The notes: generated by a model from the letters alone, not told the origin. Counted from the first letter of the stretch, positions 1-9,085 are shown. The stretch is DNA of 32,000 bases from Candidatus Saccharimonadota bacterium (GCA_963677105.1 OY781871.1:450001-482000); one strand, 5' to 3'. Numbers and translations: made by a program.

Positions 1-1
1 T

Positions 2-2239
2 GCTTGGCGCTGTGACTCTTGTGGAGAAATTCATGTAGTTTCTTCTCGTGCAGAATTGGAGAAAAAAACGGGAAAAAAAGTAAATGATTTACATAAACAT
101 TTTGTGGATGATTTAACCTGGAAATGTGAAAAATGTTCCGGGAAAATGAAACGAATCGAAGAAGTGCTTGATTGTTGGTTTGAGTCTGGATCAATGCCAT
201 ATGCAAGTACGCATTATCCATTTTCTGAACTAAAAGAAGAGCAAAGTGCGGAAGATTTTGATTGTTCGAAAAATGAATTTAAATCAGCAGATTTTATCGC
301 TGAAGGACTGGATCAAACCCGTGGATGGTTTTACACATTACATGTTTTGGGATGTGCTTTATTTGGAAAAAATATTTTCAAAAATGTAGTTACAAACGGA
401 ATTGTTCTCGCGGAAGACGGACAAAAAATGTCGAAATCAAAAAAGAATTATCCAGATCCACATTTGGTATTTGATAAATATGGAGCGGATGCGATGCGAT
501 ATTATCTTTTGTCTTCGCCAGTTGTGCGTGGAGAAAACTTTCGTTTTTCCGAATCTGGAGTTGCAGAAGTATTGAAGTCTGTAATCTTGCCACTCCGAAG
601 TTCATATCAATTTTTCTCAACATACGCGAATATCGACGGATGGAATCCAACTGAATTCACGTTTATACGACATGGAGAAGGCGAACACAATGTGAAAAAG
701 ATTTACTCTGGAAAAGTCGATAACGATCATCATTTAACTAAAAAGGGAATTCAACAAGTCGTAGAAACTTCAAAAAACCTTGAAAACTTTGATATACTTG
801 TCGCTTCCCCGTTTATTCGTACACAAGAAACGGCTGAGATTATAAAAAATGAAACAGGATTTTCGGGAGAAATTATTACTGATGAACGAGTTCAAGAACT
901 CTCTTTTGGGAAACTGGAAGGACAGCCGTTTTTGTCTCGCAGAGAAAGAGTTGCTGAAAAAACTACTGAACAACCAGAGTCTGTAAAAAAACGGCTCTCA
1001 GCATTCCTGTCAGACCTGGGGAAAAAATATCCAGGAAAAAAGATTGTAGTGTGTAGTCACGGAGGAGTGCTCATGGCGTTAGATTCTCTTGAAGCTCGCT
1101 GGAAAACAACTGAAGAAATGCTCCGACTCCCTGTTGCACAAACAGGAAAAACTCGAACAATATTCCCCGAACCAGCATCTGAAAACGAACTTGATCAGTG
1201 GATTCTGTCTGAATTACAAGAGCTTTTACAAGATTATTGCAAAAAGATGGATGTATATGATCTCGAAGGAGCGTTACGTCAAATTCCCGTATTTGTTGAT
1301 AAATTAAACAACTGGTATCTTCGTCGAAATCGACAACGATTTTGGGCAAATGGATTGTCTGTAGAAAAGTCCGCTGGATATGCAACATTGCATCATGTGT
1401 TACAAACTATTGCGAAAATACTGGCTCCAATTTGTCCATTTTTTGCAGAAGAATTATTCCAAAATTTGGGTGGCGGAGATTCCGTACATTTAGAACTTAT
1501 CCCTCAATCACGAAACGATTGGAAGAACGAACCGCTTGATCAAAAAATGGATCAAGTTCGCGATATTGTACGTTTATCTGCTGGAATACGAGCAAAAGCA
1601 AAAATAAAATTACGACAACCACTTGGAAAATTACAGGTATTTGTTTCCAGTCCTGAAAATCTAGATTTAGACGTTATTGCCGCCGAATCGAATGTGAAAT
1701 ATATAGAAATATTATCTAAAGAATCCCTCAATAAAATCGCAACAAAAATAGTAAAAGTGAATGCGCGAATTGTGGGAAAAAAGTTTGGGAAAAAGGTTCA
1801 AGAACTCATTCAAAAGGGAAAATCTGGTGAGTTTACAGAAAAAGAAAATGGCTTCATCGAAATTGCAGGAGAAATGCTTTCTTCGGAAGAATATGAATTA
1901 GGATATTTAACCGCAGAAGGACTTGAGGCCGAAGCTTCTGCCACATCCGTCGTTCTCCTCGATACAACAATTACACCTGAATTAGAATTGGAAGGGATTG
2001 CTCGTGAAGTTATTCGTGCAATACAAGAACTACGAAAAACTTCTGGATTTGAAATTTCAGACAGAATCTCTATCGAGTGGAATACTGAGGACGAAAAAAC
2101 AATGTCCGCTATTACTCAATTTTCAGAAAAAATAACAAGTGAGGTATTGGCTGATTCACTAGAAAATAAACCAAACATATCAAGTGAACCAATTGTTGTT
2201 GATGATGTGAAAGTGTTCCTCTCTATTAAAAAGAGCTAG
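2..2239 (+). CDS. ileS: Isoleucyl-tRNA synthetase, type-2-like, 5'-partial (N-terminus outside window), with internal histidine-phosphatase insertion
   Basis: The frame of ORF 56..2239 stays open back to nt 2, and the track's M at 56 is a TTG codon. Motifs seen: WRCDSCGE, WFESGSMPY, KMSKS loop (GQKMSKSKKNYPDP), LNNWYLRRNRQRFW, and a C-terminal region typical of type-2 IleRS. Confidence 0.9.
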   Translation, partial: AWRCDSCGEIHVVSSRAELEKKTGKKVNDLHKHFVDDLTWKCEKCSGKMKRIEEVLDCWFESGSMPYASTHYPFSELKEEQSAEDFDCSKNEFKSADFIAEGLDQTRGWFYTLHVLGCALFGKNIFKNVVTNGIVLAEDGQKMSKSKKNYPDPHLVFDKYGADAMRYYLLSSPVVRGENFRFSESGVAEVLKSVILPLRSSYQFFSTYANIDGWNPTEFTFIRHGEGEHNVKKIYSGKVDNDHHLTKKGIQQVVETSKNLENFDILVASPFIRTQETAEIIKNETGFSGEIITDERVQELSFGKLEGQPFLSRRERVAEKTTEQPESVKKRLSAFLSDLGKKYPGKKIVVCSHGGVLMALDSLEARWKTTEEMLRLPVAQTGKTRTIFPEPASENELDQWILSELQELLQDYCKKMDVYDLEGALRQIPVFVDKLNNWYLRRNRQRFWANGLSVEKSAGYATLHHVLQTIAKILAPICPFFAEELFQNLGGGDSVHLELIPQSRNDWKNEPLDQKMDQVRDIVRLSAGIRAKAKIKLRQPLGKLQVFVSSPENLDLDVIAAESNVKYIEILSKESLNKIATKIVKVNARIVGKKFGKKVQELIQKGKSGEFTEKENGFIEIAGEMLSSEEYELGYLTAEGLEAEASATSVVLLDTTITPELELEGIAREVIRAIQELRKTSGFEISDRISIEWNTEDEKTMSAITQFSEKITSEVLADSLENKPNISSEPIVVDDVKVFLSIKKS
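656..1177 (+). other. Histidine phosphatase superfamily (branch 1, PGAM-like) domain inserted in frame within IleRS
   Basis: Ordered motifs FIRHGEGEHN (RHG at 668-676), SPFIRTQETAEII, ELSFGKLEG and CSHGGV (His at 1058-1060). The segment lies between YANIDGWNP and ENELDQWILSEL, which in IleRS are normally joined by a short linker. Confidence 0.7.
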
Positions 2240-2254
2240 CATTTAAAACGACAA

Positions 2255-2296
2255 AAAGAAAAACTCTTCTCATAATATACGAGAAGAGTTTTTTGT
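2255..2296. terminator. Bidirectional rho-independent terminator between convergent ileS and the lipoprotein gene
   Basis: Stem ctcttctc (2264-2271) pairs with gagaagag (2281-2288) around a 9-nt loop. An A-run lies upstream and a T-run (2289-2294) downstream. Confidence 0.6.
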
Positions 2297-2314
2297 TGTT
2301 CAATTATTCAATAA

Positions 2315-2572
2315 TTACTCTGCAACAACTTCTTCAATAACCTCATCTTCCATCTCAATCTCGTCCATATCAACTGCTCCACCTTCTTCTGCTTCTCTTT
2401 CCATTTCCATTTTTGCTTCGATAGCTTCTGTTACTTCTACAGGAAGAACTACCTCTACTACTTCTCCTTCTTCTACATCTACGTCTACAACAGGTGTTTC
2501 TGTAGCTGTGTTACACCCTGTAACTGCAAAACCTAACGTTAAACACAGAGCAATTCCTAATAACTTTTTCAT
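2315..2572 (-). CDS. Small, highly acidic lipoprotein (hypothetical)
   Basis: Signal peptide with lipobox-like MKKLLGIALCLTLGFAVTG|C. The mature part is E/V/D-rich and low in complexity. A possible TTGACA-N17-TTACAA promoter lies at 2605-2633 on the minus strand. Confidence 0.55.
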   Translation of the reverse strand: MKKLLGIALCLTLGFAVTGCNTATETPVVDVDVEEGEVVEVVLPVEVTEAIEAKMEMEREAEEGGAVDMDEIEMEDEVIEEVVAE

Positions 2573-2650
2573 GGTAAGTATGGATTAAATTATACCGAGG
2601 GAGATTGTAACTGCTTTATGAAGATTTTGTCAAGAAACCAATTTTAGTAA

Positions 2651-5600
2651 TTATGGACAATCGTTCATATAGTTAAATGATTGTTGTGGTGTATATCGAT
2701 CGGAATTGCTTCCCCATCCACCAACATCATTGCTTATAAAGTCAGCAACAACACTACAAGATGTCGCATTAAATTTATTGCCATTCAGCATTAAAAGCTC
2801 CAATTGACTAAATCCACCAAATGAACTTGGGATTTCTCCACTTAACTGATTATTAGATAACAATATAGTCCTTAAGTTTGAACTTCCCAATGAGTTTGGG
2901 ATTTCTCCACTTAACTGATTATTGGATAAATTTAAATGAACAAGATCCAAATTCCCCAATGAACCTGGGATTTCTCCACTTAACTGATTATTAGATAACA
3001 ATATAGTCCTTAAGTTTGAACTTCCCAATGAGTTTGGGATTTCTCCGCTTAACTGATTATTAGACAATGCTAAATAATCTATTTCCCCCCACGAACTTAG
3101 TATTTCTCCATTTAAGTTATTAGAATCTAATTGTAATACTTTTAATCTGTCTAAATTTACTAACGAACTTGGGATTGTTCCAATTAAATTATTATTATTG
3201 AGGATTATTCTAAGACCTTCACAAGCCCTCGGATTTCCAAACATTATTCCTGCCCATTCATCTAGTGGATGAGCACTATTCCAATTTGTATTATCGGTCC
3301 AATTATCCCCGCCTGTAGAAATATAAAACTCCTCTAATGTAGCAATTTCACTTGCACTCCCTTCACAATGACATTCGTGGTTTGTACATGTACCTCCACA
3401 ATTTCCACAATTTAATGTATTTCCGCAGCCATCGTCTATCGTTCCACAATTATATCCAAGTGCTGTACAGGTTGTTGGTGTACAACAATCCTCCATATAA
3501 TTGAATGATTGTTGTGGTGTATATCGATCAGAATCAGTTCCCCAACCACCAACATCATTCGTTATAAAATCTTGAACAATACTACATGAATTCGCATCAA
3601 AATTATTATTTCCAAGAAATAACATATTTAAACCACTTATTCCTCCAAGCGAAGCTGGAATAATCCCACTCAAATCATTCCCTTGTAGAGATAGACGCCC
3701 CAAATTGCTCAAATTACTAACTTCAGATGGAATCTCGCCATCTAAATCATTATTAAGTAAAATCAAACTTGTTAATTCACTTAACTCTCCAAGCGAAGCC
3801 GGAATTTGACCAACCAATCCATTATTAACTAAATTTAATCCCGTCACACATTCATCTACCACTGTTACTCCATGCCATGTATCTATTGGATTACTTGTGT
3901 TCCAATTGGAATTATTGGTCCAACTCGCTCCATTTGTAGAATTATAGAAATCTATCAGTGCTGCTCGATCTCTATTAATACATTCGTTTTGACATTGTCC
4001 AGAAACATTACATGTCTCTCCCGTTCCACAACTTCCACAAGAAAGAGGCGTTCCACATCCATCATCTGGCGTTCCACAAACATATCCAAGTGCTGCACAC
4101 GTTGTTGGTGTACACGCACTGTCTTCTCCCAAAATCCAATTGAAACAGAACGGGAATGTTCTACATTCTCCATTAAGAATCCAATTAAAACAGAACGGAA
4201 AATCAACAAAGCTACATCCGGTAATTTCTTCCTGACAGGTTCCCCACCCAGTTAATACTGTTCCTGGAGGACATTCTTCTTCACAAGTTCCCGTTCCATA
4301 TGCCATAGTTCCTCTTTTTTTCGGAGAAATTGCACACATCACAAACTTTTCCTCACACGCTGATCCTGTATCAAGAAATGGAGAATTTATATCATTTTCT
4401 CCACACGCAGAAGTATCTGTTGTGATATTCTTTTCTGCTGGATCATTCAGTCCTACAAGAGAAAATATGTAAGATTCGAATGCTTTAATTGTGCTTTTTG
4501 CAGACATTCCATCATGCACAACATCAAATTCTGTTAATACTGGCTCAACGGGATCATATTGATTTATTTCAATTGGCTCTGCCGTCGAACAATTCCCAAC
4601 ATAATCACAGAGCACAAACTCATCACTCCCAGACAAACAAAAACCCTCTCCTGTAGAACAGAAATTTCCCGTTACTTCAAATGTATGAGAACTCGCTGGT
4701 AAACATCCTGTCGCATCTTGGCAAAAAACTTGTACATCAACTGGTTCATTTGTAAATTCTCCTGGAGCCAAGGTCATTCCTCCCGTAGATCTGTAATATT
4801 CAAAAGTAACAATTGGTGGTGTTGTGTCTATAAGTAATAATTGAGACAATTCTATTTCTAAATTCCCTATATTTTGTGGCACAATGTCTGATTGTGGAAT
4901 ATCAAGTTCCATATACACAAATCCATCATTTATTGTACTTGGAACAGTTGCGACAAAATCATAGTCATATTCATTAAGTGTTTGAAATACAACAGAATCT
5001 GTCGCTAAAACAGTTCCTCCTGATGTGCTCGGATTATCTAAAAACTTCACATCAACATGAATGTCTGTTGATATTGGGAAAATTGGTCCCATGTCTAAAT
5101 CTACGTGTCCAGTAAATTGCGCTTGCTGAAAATTAACATCCGCAGAATTTGGATTAACTGCCCATCCATCTGTGGGAGAAGAAGAAGTAACTGCCGCACT
5201 TGCTGTGGAAACAAAAAACGTTAGCAATAGCACCAATAATTTTATGTGACGGATATGATGAACAAACATAATAAATCCAATAATTAATCCTAATAAAATA
5301 ATTAAACTAATTATAATAGCTATTTGATCACGTGTCTCGCTAAACATAAAATCTTGGGTCATTCTCTCCATTGCAAAAGAAATATTCGTTTGTCCTTCTG
5401 CCGCATGAAATTTGCGGGACTTCTGTGTCGAAAATTTATATGAACCAATCGTCTTGGCTCGATGACGAACCTCAATCGAGATGTAAAGTTGTGCTGTCTC
5501 TTTTGCGATTGAAAATTCCACCTCCCCAGAAAATCTTCCAATAGAATCTGTTTGTATTGGCAACTCTTTTTCAAATATTATTTCTTCCGATGAATCCGCA

Positions 5601-6493
5601 ATTGTTATGTCTAATGTTAACGACTCCTCCCACAAAGAACTCGTTCCAGCAAAGGATACTATCACATCATCTCCCTCGTAAAAATATTCTTCAGGCGATA
5701 CTTCGAGTGAAGAAATCGTAGTAAACTCACCTTTAATGATAAGTGGTTGTTCTTTTATTCCCGTAACAGCTTCTTTCTTATGAAAAATTTGAACAGTTGT
5801 TTGATATCGACCAGGCATCTCTGGCAGATTAAATAAAATACTGAAATCCATTTTTTTTCCACTTAAAACTGTTTTTTCTGCAGAAATTTTTTCTTCAATA
5901 ATATCCCCCGAAGTACTCAATAATTGTGCTTTTGCAAAAAAGAGTCCATCTGCATGAAAGTTTGAAAAATTTGTTTGTGTAATTATATTTTTTTCATCTG
6001 CGAAAGAGTGAAATTTTTCTATGCGGGAAACTTTTTTTTCTTCTGTCGCTTTCTTTGGGAAAACTAATTTCATGGCACCTTGTGCTAATGTTTGAGCAAA
6101 AGAACCATTCATTGTTGCTTTCTGTAAAGCAATGATAAGTTTTGAATTTTCATCGACTAATACGTCTGAAAGATCAAATTCAAATGGAAGATTTAATTCT
6201 TCTGTTCCATTAAATGTGCGAACTAACGGTTCTTCAAATTTCCACGTAGTCGTATTTGATGCATCTACAACATGATATGAAATACGTGTAACTTCTCCAA
6301 TTGGTGCTGTTCCCCAAATTTTTCCACGCACTTTAAAAGGATTGCTTTCAGAATAGCTTGTTTGAGAAATGCTGAGATTTTTTATTGCTCGACTTTGAAC
6401 CCGAAGCGCCGAAACATTAGAAATTATACCGAAGAACAATAATGCCGTCAGAGAAAGTGTTCGAATCTTCATTATGTGTGTTTTATTTTTCAT
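2651..6493 (-). CDS. Giant cell-surface protein: signal peptide, N-terminal ectodomain, TM hairpin, beta-rich/Cys-rich region, and two [Cys-rich module + LRRNT + plant-type LRR + Cys cap] modules
   Basis: Continuous 1280-aa ORF starting at ATG 6493. N-terminal signal-like MKIRTLSLTALLFFGIISNVSA. Two adjacent hydrophobic helices at residues 391-434 (nt 5192-5323). LRR consensus LSNNQLSGEIPNSLG. LRRNT-like FYNSTNGASWTNNSNWNTSNPIDTWHGV. Repeated CTPTTCxALGYxCGxxDDGCGxxLxCGxCG. Confidence 0.8.
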   Translation of the reverse strand: MKNKTHIMKIRTLSLTALLFFGIISNVSALRVQSRAIKNLSISQTSYSESNPFKVRGKIWGTAPIGEVTRISYHVVDASNTTTWKFEEPLVRTFNGTEELNLPFEFDLSDVLVDENSKLIIALQKATMNGSFAQTLAQGAMKLVFPKKATEEKKVSRIEKFHSFADEKNIITQTNFSNFHADGLFFAKAQLLSTSGDIIEEKISAEKTVLSGKKMDFSILFNLPEMPGRYQTTVQIFHKKEAVTGIKEQPLIIKGEFTTISSLEVSPEEYFYEGDDVIVSFAGTSSLWEESLTLDITIADSSEEIIFEKELPIQTDSIGRFSGEVEFSIAKETAQLYISIEVRHRAKTIGSYKFSTQKSRKFHAAEGQTNISFAMERMTQDFMFSETRDQIAIIISLIILLGLIIGFIMFVHHIRHIKLLVLLLTFFVSTASAAVTSSSPTDGWAVNPNSADVNFQQAQFTGHVDLDMGPIFPISTDIHVDVKFLDNPSTSGGTVLATDSVVFQTLNEYDYDFVATVPSTINDGFVYMELDIPQSDIVPQNIGNLEIELSQLLLIDTTPPIVTFEYYRSTGGMTLAPGEFTNEPVDVQVFCQDATGCLPASSHTFEVTGNFCSTGEGFCLSGSDEFVLCDYVGNCSTAEPIEINQYDPVEPVLTEFDVVHDGMSAKSTIKAFESYIFSLVGLNDPAEKNITTDTSACGENDINSPFLDTGSACEEKFVMCAISPKKRGTMAYGTGTCEEECPPGTVLTGWGTCQEEITGCSFVDFPFCFNWILNGECRTFPFCFNWILGEDSACTPTTCAALGYVCGTPDDGCGTPLSCGSCGTGETCNVSGQCQNECINRDRAALIDFYNSTNGASWTNNSNWNTSNPIDTWHGVTVVDECVTGLNLVNNGLVGQIPASLGELSELTSLILLNNDLDGEIPSEVSNLSNLGRLSLQGNDLSGIIPASLGGISGLNMLFLGNNNFDANSCSIVQDFITNDVGGWGTDSDRYTPQQSFNYMEDCCTPTTCTALGYNCGTIDDGCGNTLNCGNCGGTCTNHECHCEGSASEIATLEEFYISTGGDNWTDNTNWNSAHPLDEWAGIMFGNPRACEGLRIILNNNNLIGTIPSSLVNLDRLKVLQLDSNNLNGEILSSWGEIDYLALSNNQLSGEIPNSLGSSNLRTILLSNNQLSGEIPGSLGNLDLVHLNLSNNQLSGEIPNSLGSSNLRTILLSNNQLSGEIPSSFGGFSQLELLMLNGNKFNATSCSVVADFISNDVGGWGSNSDRYTPQQSFNYMNDCP
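2775..3215 (-). repeat. Coding tandem LRR array with 69-nt (23-aa) period, including a 138-nt higher-order duplication
   Basis: The core gggatttctcc[a/g]cttaactgattatt recurs at 2829, 2898, 2967 and 3036. Segments 2829-2923 and 2967-3061 are 94/95 identical. Confidence 0.85.
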
Positions 6494-6568
6494 GAAAAAC
6501 TATAGCACATGAGGAAAAAAATCAAACAAAATTTGCGATTACTCAATATTTCCGGAAAATGAAAATCG

Positions 6569-8017
6569 ATGCATAACCCTCGCCGACCTCGAAAATCATT
6601 TCGTACTCCTTCTCGATCATATAGAAGCAGAAGAAAACGAAATAACCACAGTTCTAAAAGACTAATCTTCTTTTTAGTAATTATTAGTGTGTGTGTTTGG
6701 GGAATTCGAACTATTACCTCTCGCGGAAATAGTGTTTCAGCAGAAGCAACTATTGAAATTCGTCGTGGAATTATCGAGTTTTCATTAAATGGGGAAGATT
6801 TATGGACACGAGGAAATTCTGGACAAAAATTTCTGGAAGGAGACCGCGTTCGATGTACTGGAAATTGTGAAGCATCTGTACAATTGTTAGACGGCGGAAG
6901 CGTCATTGTCATTGCGCCGAATACAGAAATCTCTTTTGACGAGCTACAACAAAAATCGTCTGGGACGAAAAAAGTTTCTATTTTTGTGAAAACGGGAACT
7001 CTCTGGGGGACGGTTGCCGCAAATGATTTTTCAGAAAAGAATTCCCATTTTTTAGTGCAAACTGAATCGAGTGAAATTGATGTAAAAGGAACGCTTTTTA
7101 ATCTTGATGTAGGTCCCGAATCTCTTCTGCGCATTTTACAGGGAGAAGCTTCTCTGCGTCTCGCAAATGAAAATAAAAAGAAAGAAGAACCGTTTCTTGT
7201 GAATGAGGGACATATGGTTCCTCTCAAACAGGTTTCTTCAAATAATTTTGATGCGAATGAAATCATTGAAAAAATAGATCCAGAATTTGAAGAATCTGAA
7301 TGGAACTTAAAAAATCTCGAACTTTTTCGTCCCCAAGAAGCAGCTGAAATTCGTCACAGGATTGAAAGAACTGCTTCTCCATCAACACAAGATCCGAGTA
7401 AAAATGGACTTGATTCTCCCGTAATTCAAACACCAGCTCCAGGTGCAATTATTCCAGCAGCACAAGATATGTTGAGCTTGGAGGGAACTGCTCCGGTCGA
7501 TGCTTACAGAATTAGTGTAAACGGATACATTCTTACAAAATTTCAGCCAGGAGATCGGAAGTGGTCCTACTTTGCAAGTAAAAAATTTGGAACACTTGTT
7601 CCGGGGAAAAACACGTTCAAAGTAGTTTCAATTTCACGCGATGGAAAAGAATCGGCGCCAGCCGTTCTTGAGGTAACATACAATGCAACGAGTGATCCCG
7701 TAGTGGTAGAAGAGTCTGAATCAGATTTTCCAGTCCCAGTAATTCAATTTCCTTCCCTTGCCGATGCCACTCAAGCATTTAATGCAACTGAACCAATTCT
7801 TCATATTACAGGAATTGTTGATCCACGAACTGTCGCCGTGGAAGTAAACGGATTTCGACTGAAAAAGTTTAAACCCGGAAATATCGAATGGAAATATATT
7901 GCAAATGCAAACTATGGAAATATGGACTTGGGAGAAAACATTTATACTGTCGTAGCAATTGGTCCCGAAGATGAACGATCTTCTGCTGTCCTTCGTGTAA
8001 ATTATGTTCCTCAATAA
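6569..8017 (+). CDS. Membrane-anchored FecR-domain-like protein with two C-terminal Ig-like repeats
   Basis: Arg-rich N-terminus followed by a TM helix (LIFFLVIISVCVWGI). FecR-like segment GDRVRCTGNCEASVQLLDGGSVIVIAPNTEISF...VKGTLFNLDV. Two roughly 70-aa repeats (VNGYILTKFQPGDRKW... and VNGFRLKKFKPGNIEW...) at about 7477-7690 and 7800-8014. Confidence 0.55.
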   Translation: MHNPRRPRKSFRTPSRSYRSRRKRNNHSSKRLIFFLVIISVCVWGIRTITSRGNSVSAEATIEIRRGIIEFSLNGEDLWTRGNSGQKFLEGDRVRCTGNCEASVQLLDGGSVIVIAPNTEISFDELQQKSSGTKKVSIFVKTGTLWGTVAANDFSEKNSHFLVQTESSEIDVKGTLFNLDVGPESLLRILQGEASLRLANENKKKEEPFLVNEGHMVPLKQVSSNNFDANEIIEKIDPEFEESEWNLKNLELFRPQEAAEIRHRIERTASPSTQDPSKNGLDSPVIQTPAPGAIIPAAQDMLSLEGTAPVDAYRISVNGYILTKFQPGDRKWSYFASKKFGTLVPGKNTFKVVSISRDGKESAPAVLEVTYNATSDPVVVEESESDFPVPVIQFPSLADATQAFNATEPILHITGIVDPRTVAVEVNGFRLKKFKPGNIEWKYIANANYGNMDLGENIYTVVAIGPEDERSSAVLRVNYVPQ

Positions 8018-9047
8018 CGTGCGCTTCTTTGAATATTCTGATTCCGTATCAAAAGAATGGGACGACTTTGTTCTCAATTCTGAACGTGGATCTATTCATC
8101 AACTCTCTTCTTGGAAACCCTTTCAAGAAACTATTTCTGGACGCGGACCAGTTCTCGGTTGGGGAATAAAAGACGATTCTGAAAAAATTCTCGCTACAAC
8201 ATTTGTCGTTGCAATGGACACGGGATTTATGGGAAAAAAATGGTGGTATTCTGCTCGAGGGCCAGTTTTTGATGATGAAGAATGTGGACAAATGCTCTTA
8301 GAATATGTTGCAAAAGAGTTGAAAAAGAAGGGTGGAATTTTTTGGAGATTTGATCCGTATGTCACAAAAAAAGAATTACAAAAACTTCAAGTTCAAACTC
8401 GATTCGCAACTCAAAATTACCAACCAACTGATACACTTATTCTTGATCTCACAAAGACGGAAAATGTTCTGCTTTCAGAAATGAAACGCAAAGGACGATA
8501 CAACATTAATCTGGCGAAAAAGAAAAATGTGAAATGCGTAAAAATCACTGGAAAAAATGTTTCTGAAAAAGACCTGAATGATTTCTGGAAATTGAATAGT
8601 GAAACCACAAATCGCGATTCTTTCTCCGGTCATGAAAAAAAATATTACCGAAATTTTTTAAAACAAATTTCTCCTTTCGCAGATCTATTTTTTGCAGAAG
8701 CGGAAGACGAAACTCGTATCGCAACAGCGATTTCTACATTTGCTGGAGATAAAGCCATTTATTATTTTGGTGCTTCTACTTCAAATCCCAATTATCGAAA
8801 TATGATGGCTCCATATTTATTGCAATGGACCATGATTCAGGAAGCGAAAAAAAGAAAATGTAAAACGTACGACTTTTTAGGAATTGCCCCAGAAAATGAT
8901 CCAAAGCATGCATATACTGGGATTTCTGAATTTAAATGGAAATTTGGAGGAACGCGAAAAACTTTTGCTCCTGGAAAAGAAATCGTATTTCATAAACTTT
9001 GGTATTGGCTCTATCGAATTGCAAAAAAATTAAAAAATTCTATTTGA
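8004..9047 (+). CDS. FemAB-family peptidoglycan interpeptide-bridge aminoacyltransferase (FemX/MurM-like)
   Basis: Family-typical segments SSWKPFQE, KRKGRYNINLAKK, YYFGASTSNPNYRNMMAPYLLQW, YDFLGI and ISEFKWKFGG. The gene overlaps the upstream gene by 14 nt. Confidence 0.8.
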   Translation: MFLNNVRFFEYSDSVSKEWDDFVLNSERGSIHQLSSWKPFQETISGRGPVLGWGIKDDSEKILATTFVVAMDTGFMGKKWWYSARGPVFDDEECGQMLLEYVAKELKKKGGIFWRFDPYVTKKELQKLQVQTRFATQNYQPTDTLILDLTKTENVLLSEMKRKGRYNINLAKKKNVKCVKITGKNVSEKDLNDFWKLNSETTNRDSFSGHEKKYYRNFLKQISPFADLFFAEAEDETRIATAISTFAGDKAIYYFGASTSNPNYRNMMAPYLLQWTMIQEAKKRKCKTYDFLGIAPENDPKHAYTGISEFKWKFGGTRKTFAPGKEIVFHKLWYWLYRIAKKLKNSI

Positions 9048-9085
9048 TTTATTGTCACTGTTCTAATCCCAATAGAAATTCGCGC

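Noticed and set aside
656-1177. Intein as the explanation for the IleRS insertion
   Set aside because: There is no Cys/Ser/Thr at the N-junction followed by block A, and no terminal His-Asn plus Cys/Ser/Thr. The insert carries histidine-phosphatase motifs instead.
2775-3215. CRISPR array or DGR template/variable repeat pair as the source of the 69/138-nt repeats
   Set aside because: The repeats are in frame inside a long ORF and encode LRR units. There are no unique spacers and no adenine-specific mismatch pattern (the single difference is a/g). No reverse transcriptase or cas gene is in the window.
6490-7266. 258-aa minus-strand ORF overlapping the 5' half of the 482-aa plus-strand gene
   Set aside because: It is an antisense shadow ORF with an S/R/F/C-rich composition that does not look protein-like. 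The plus-strand frame has a TM helix, a FecR-like region and repeats. This ORF would also have to overlap the start of the 1280-aa gene.
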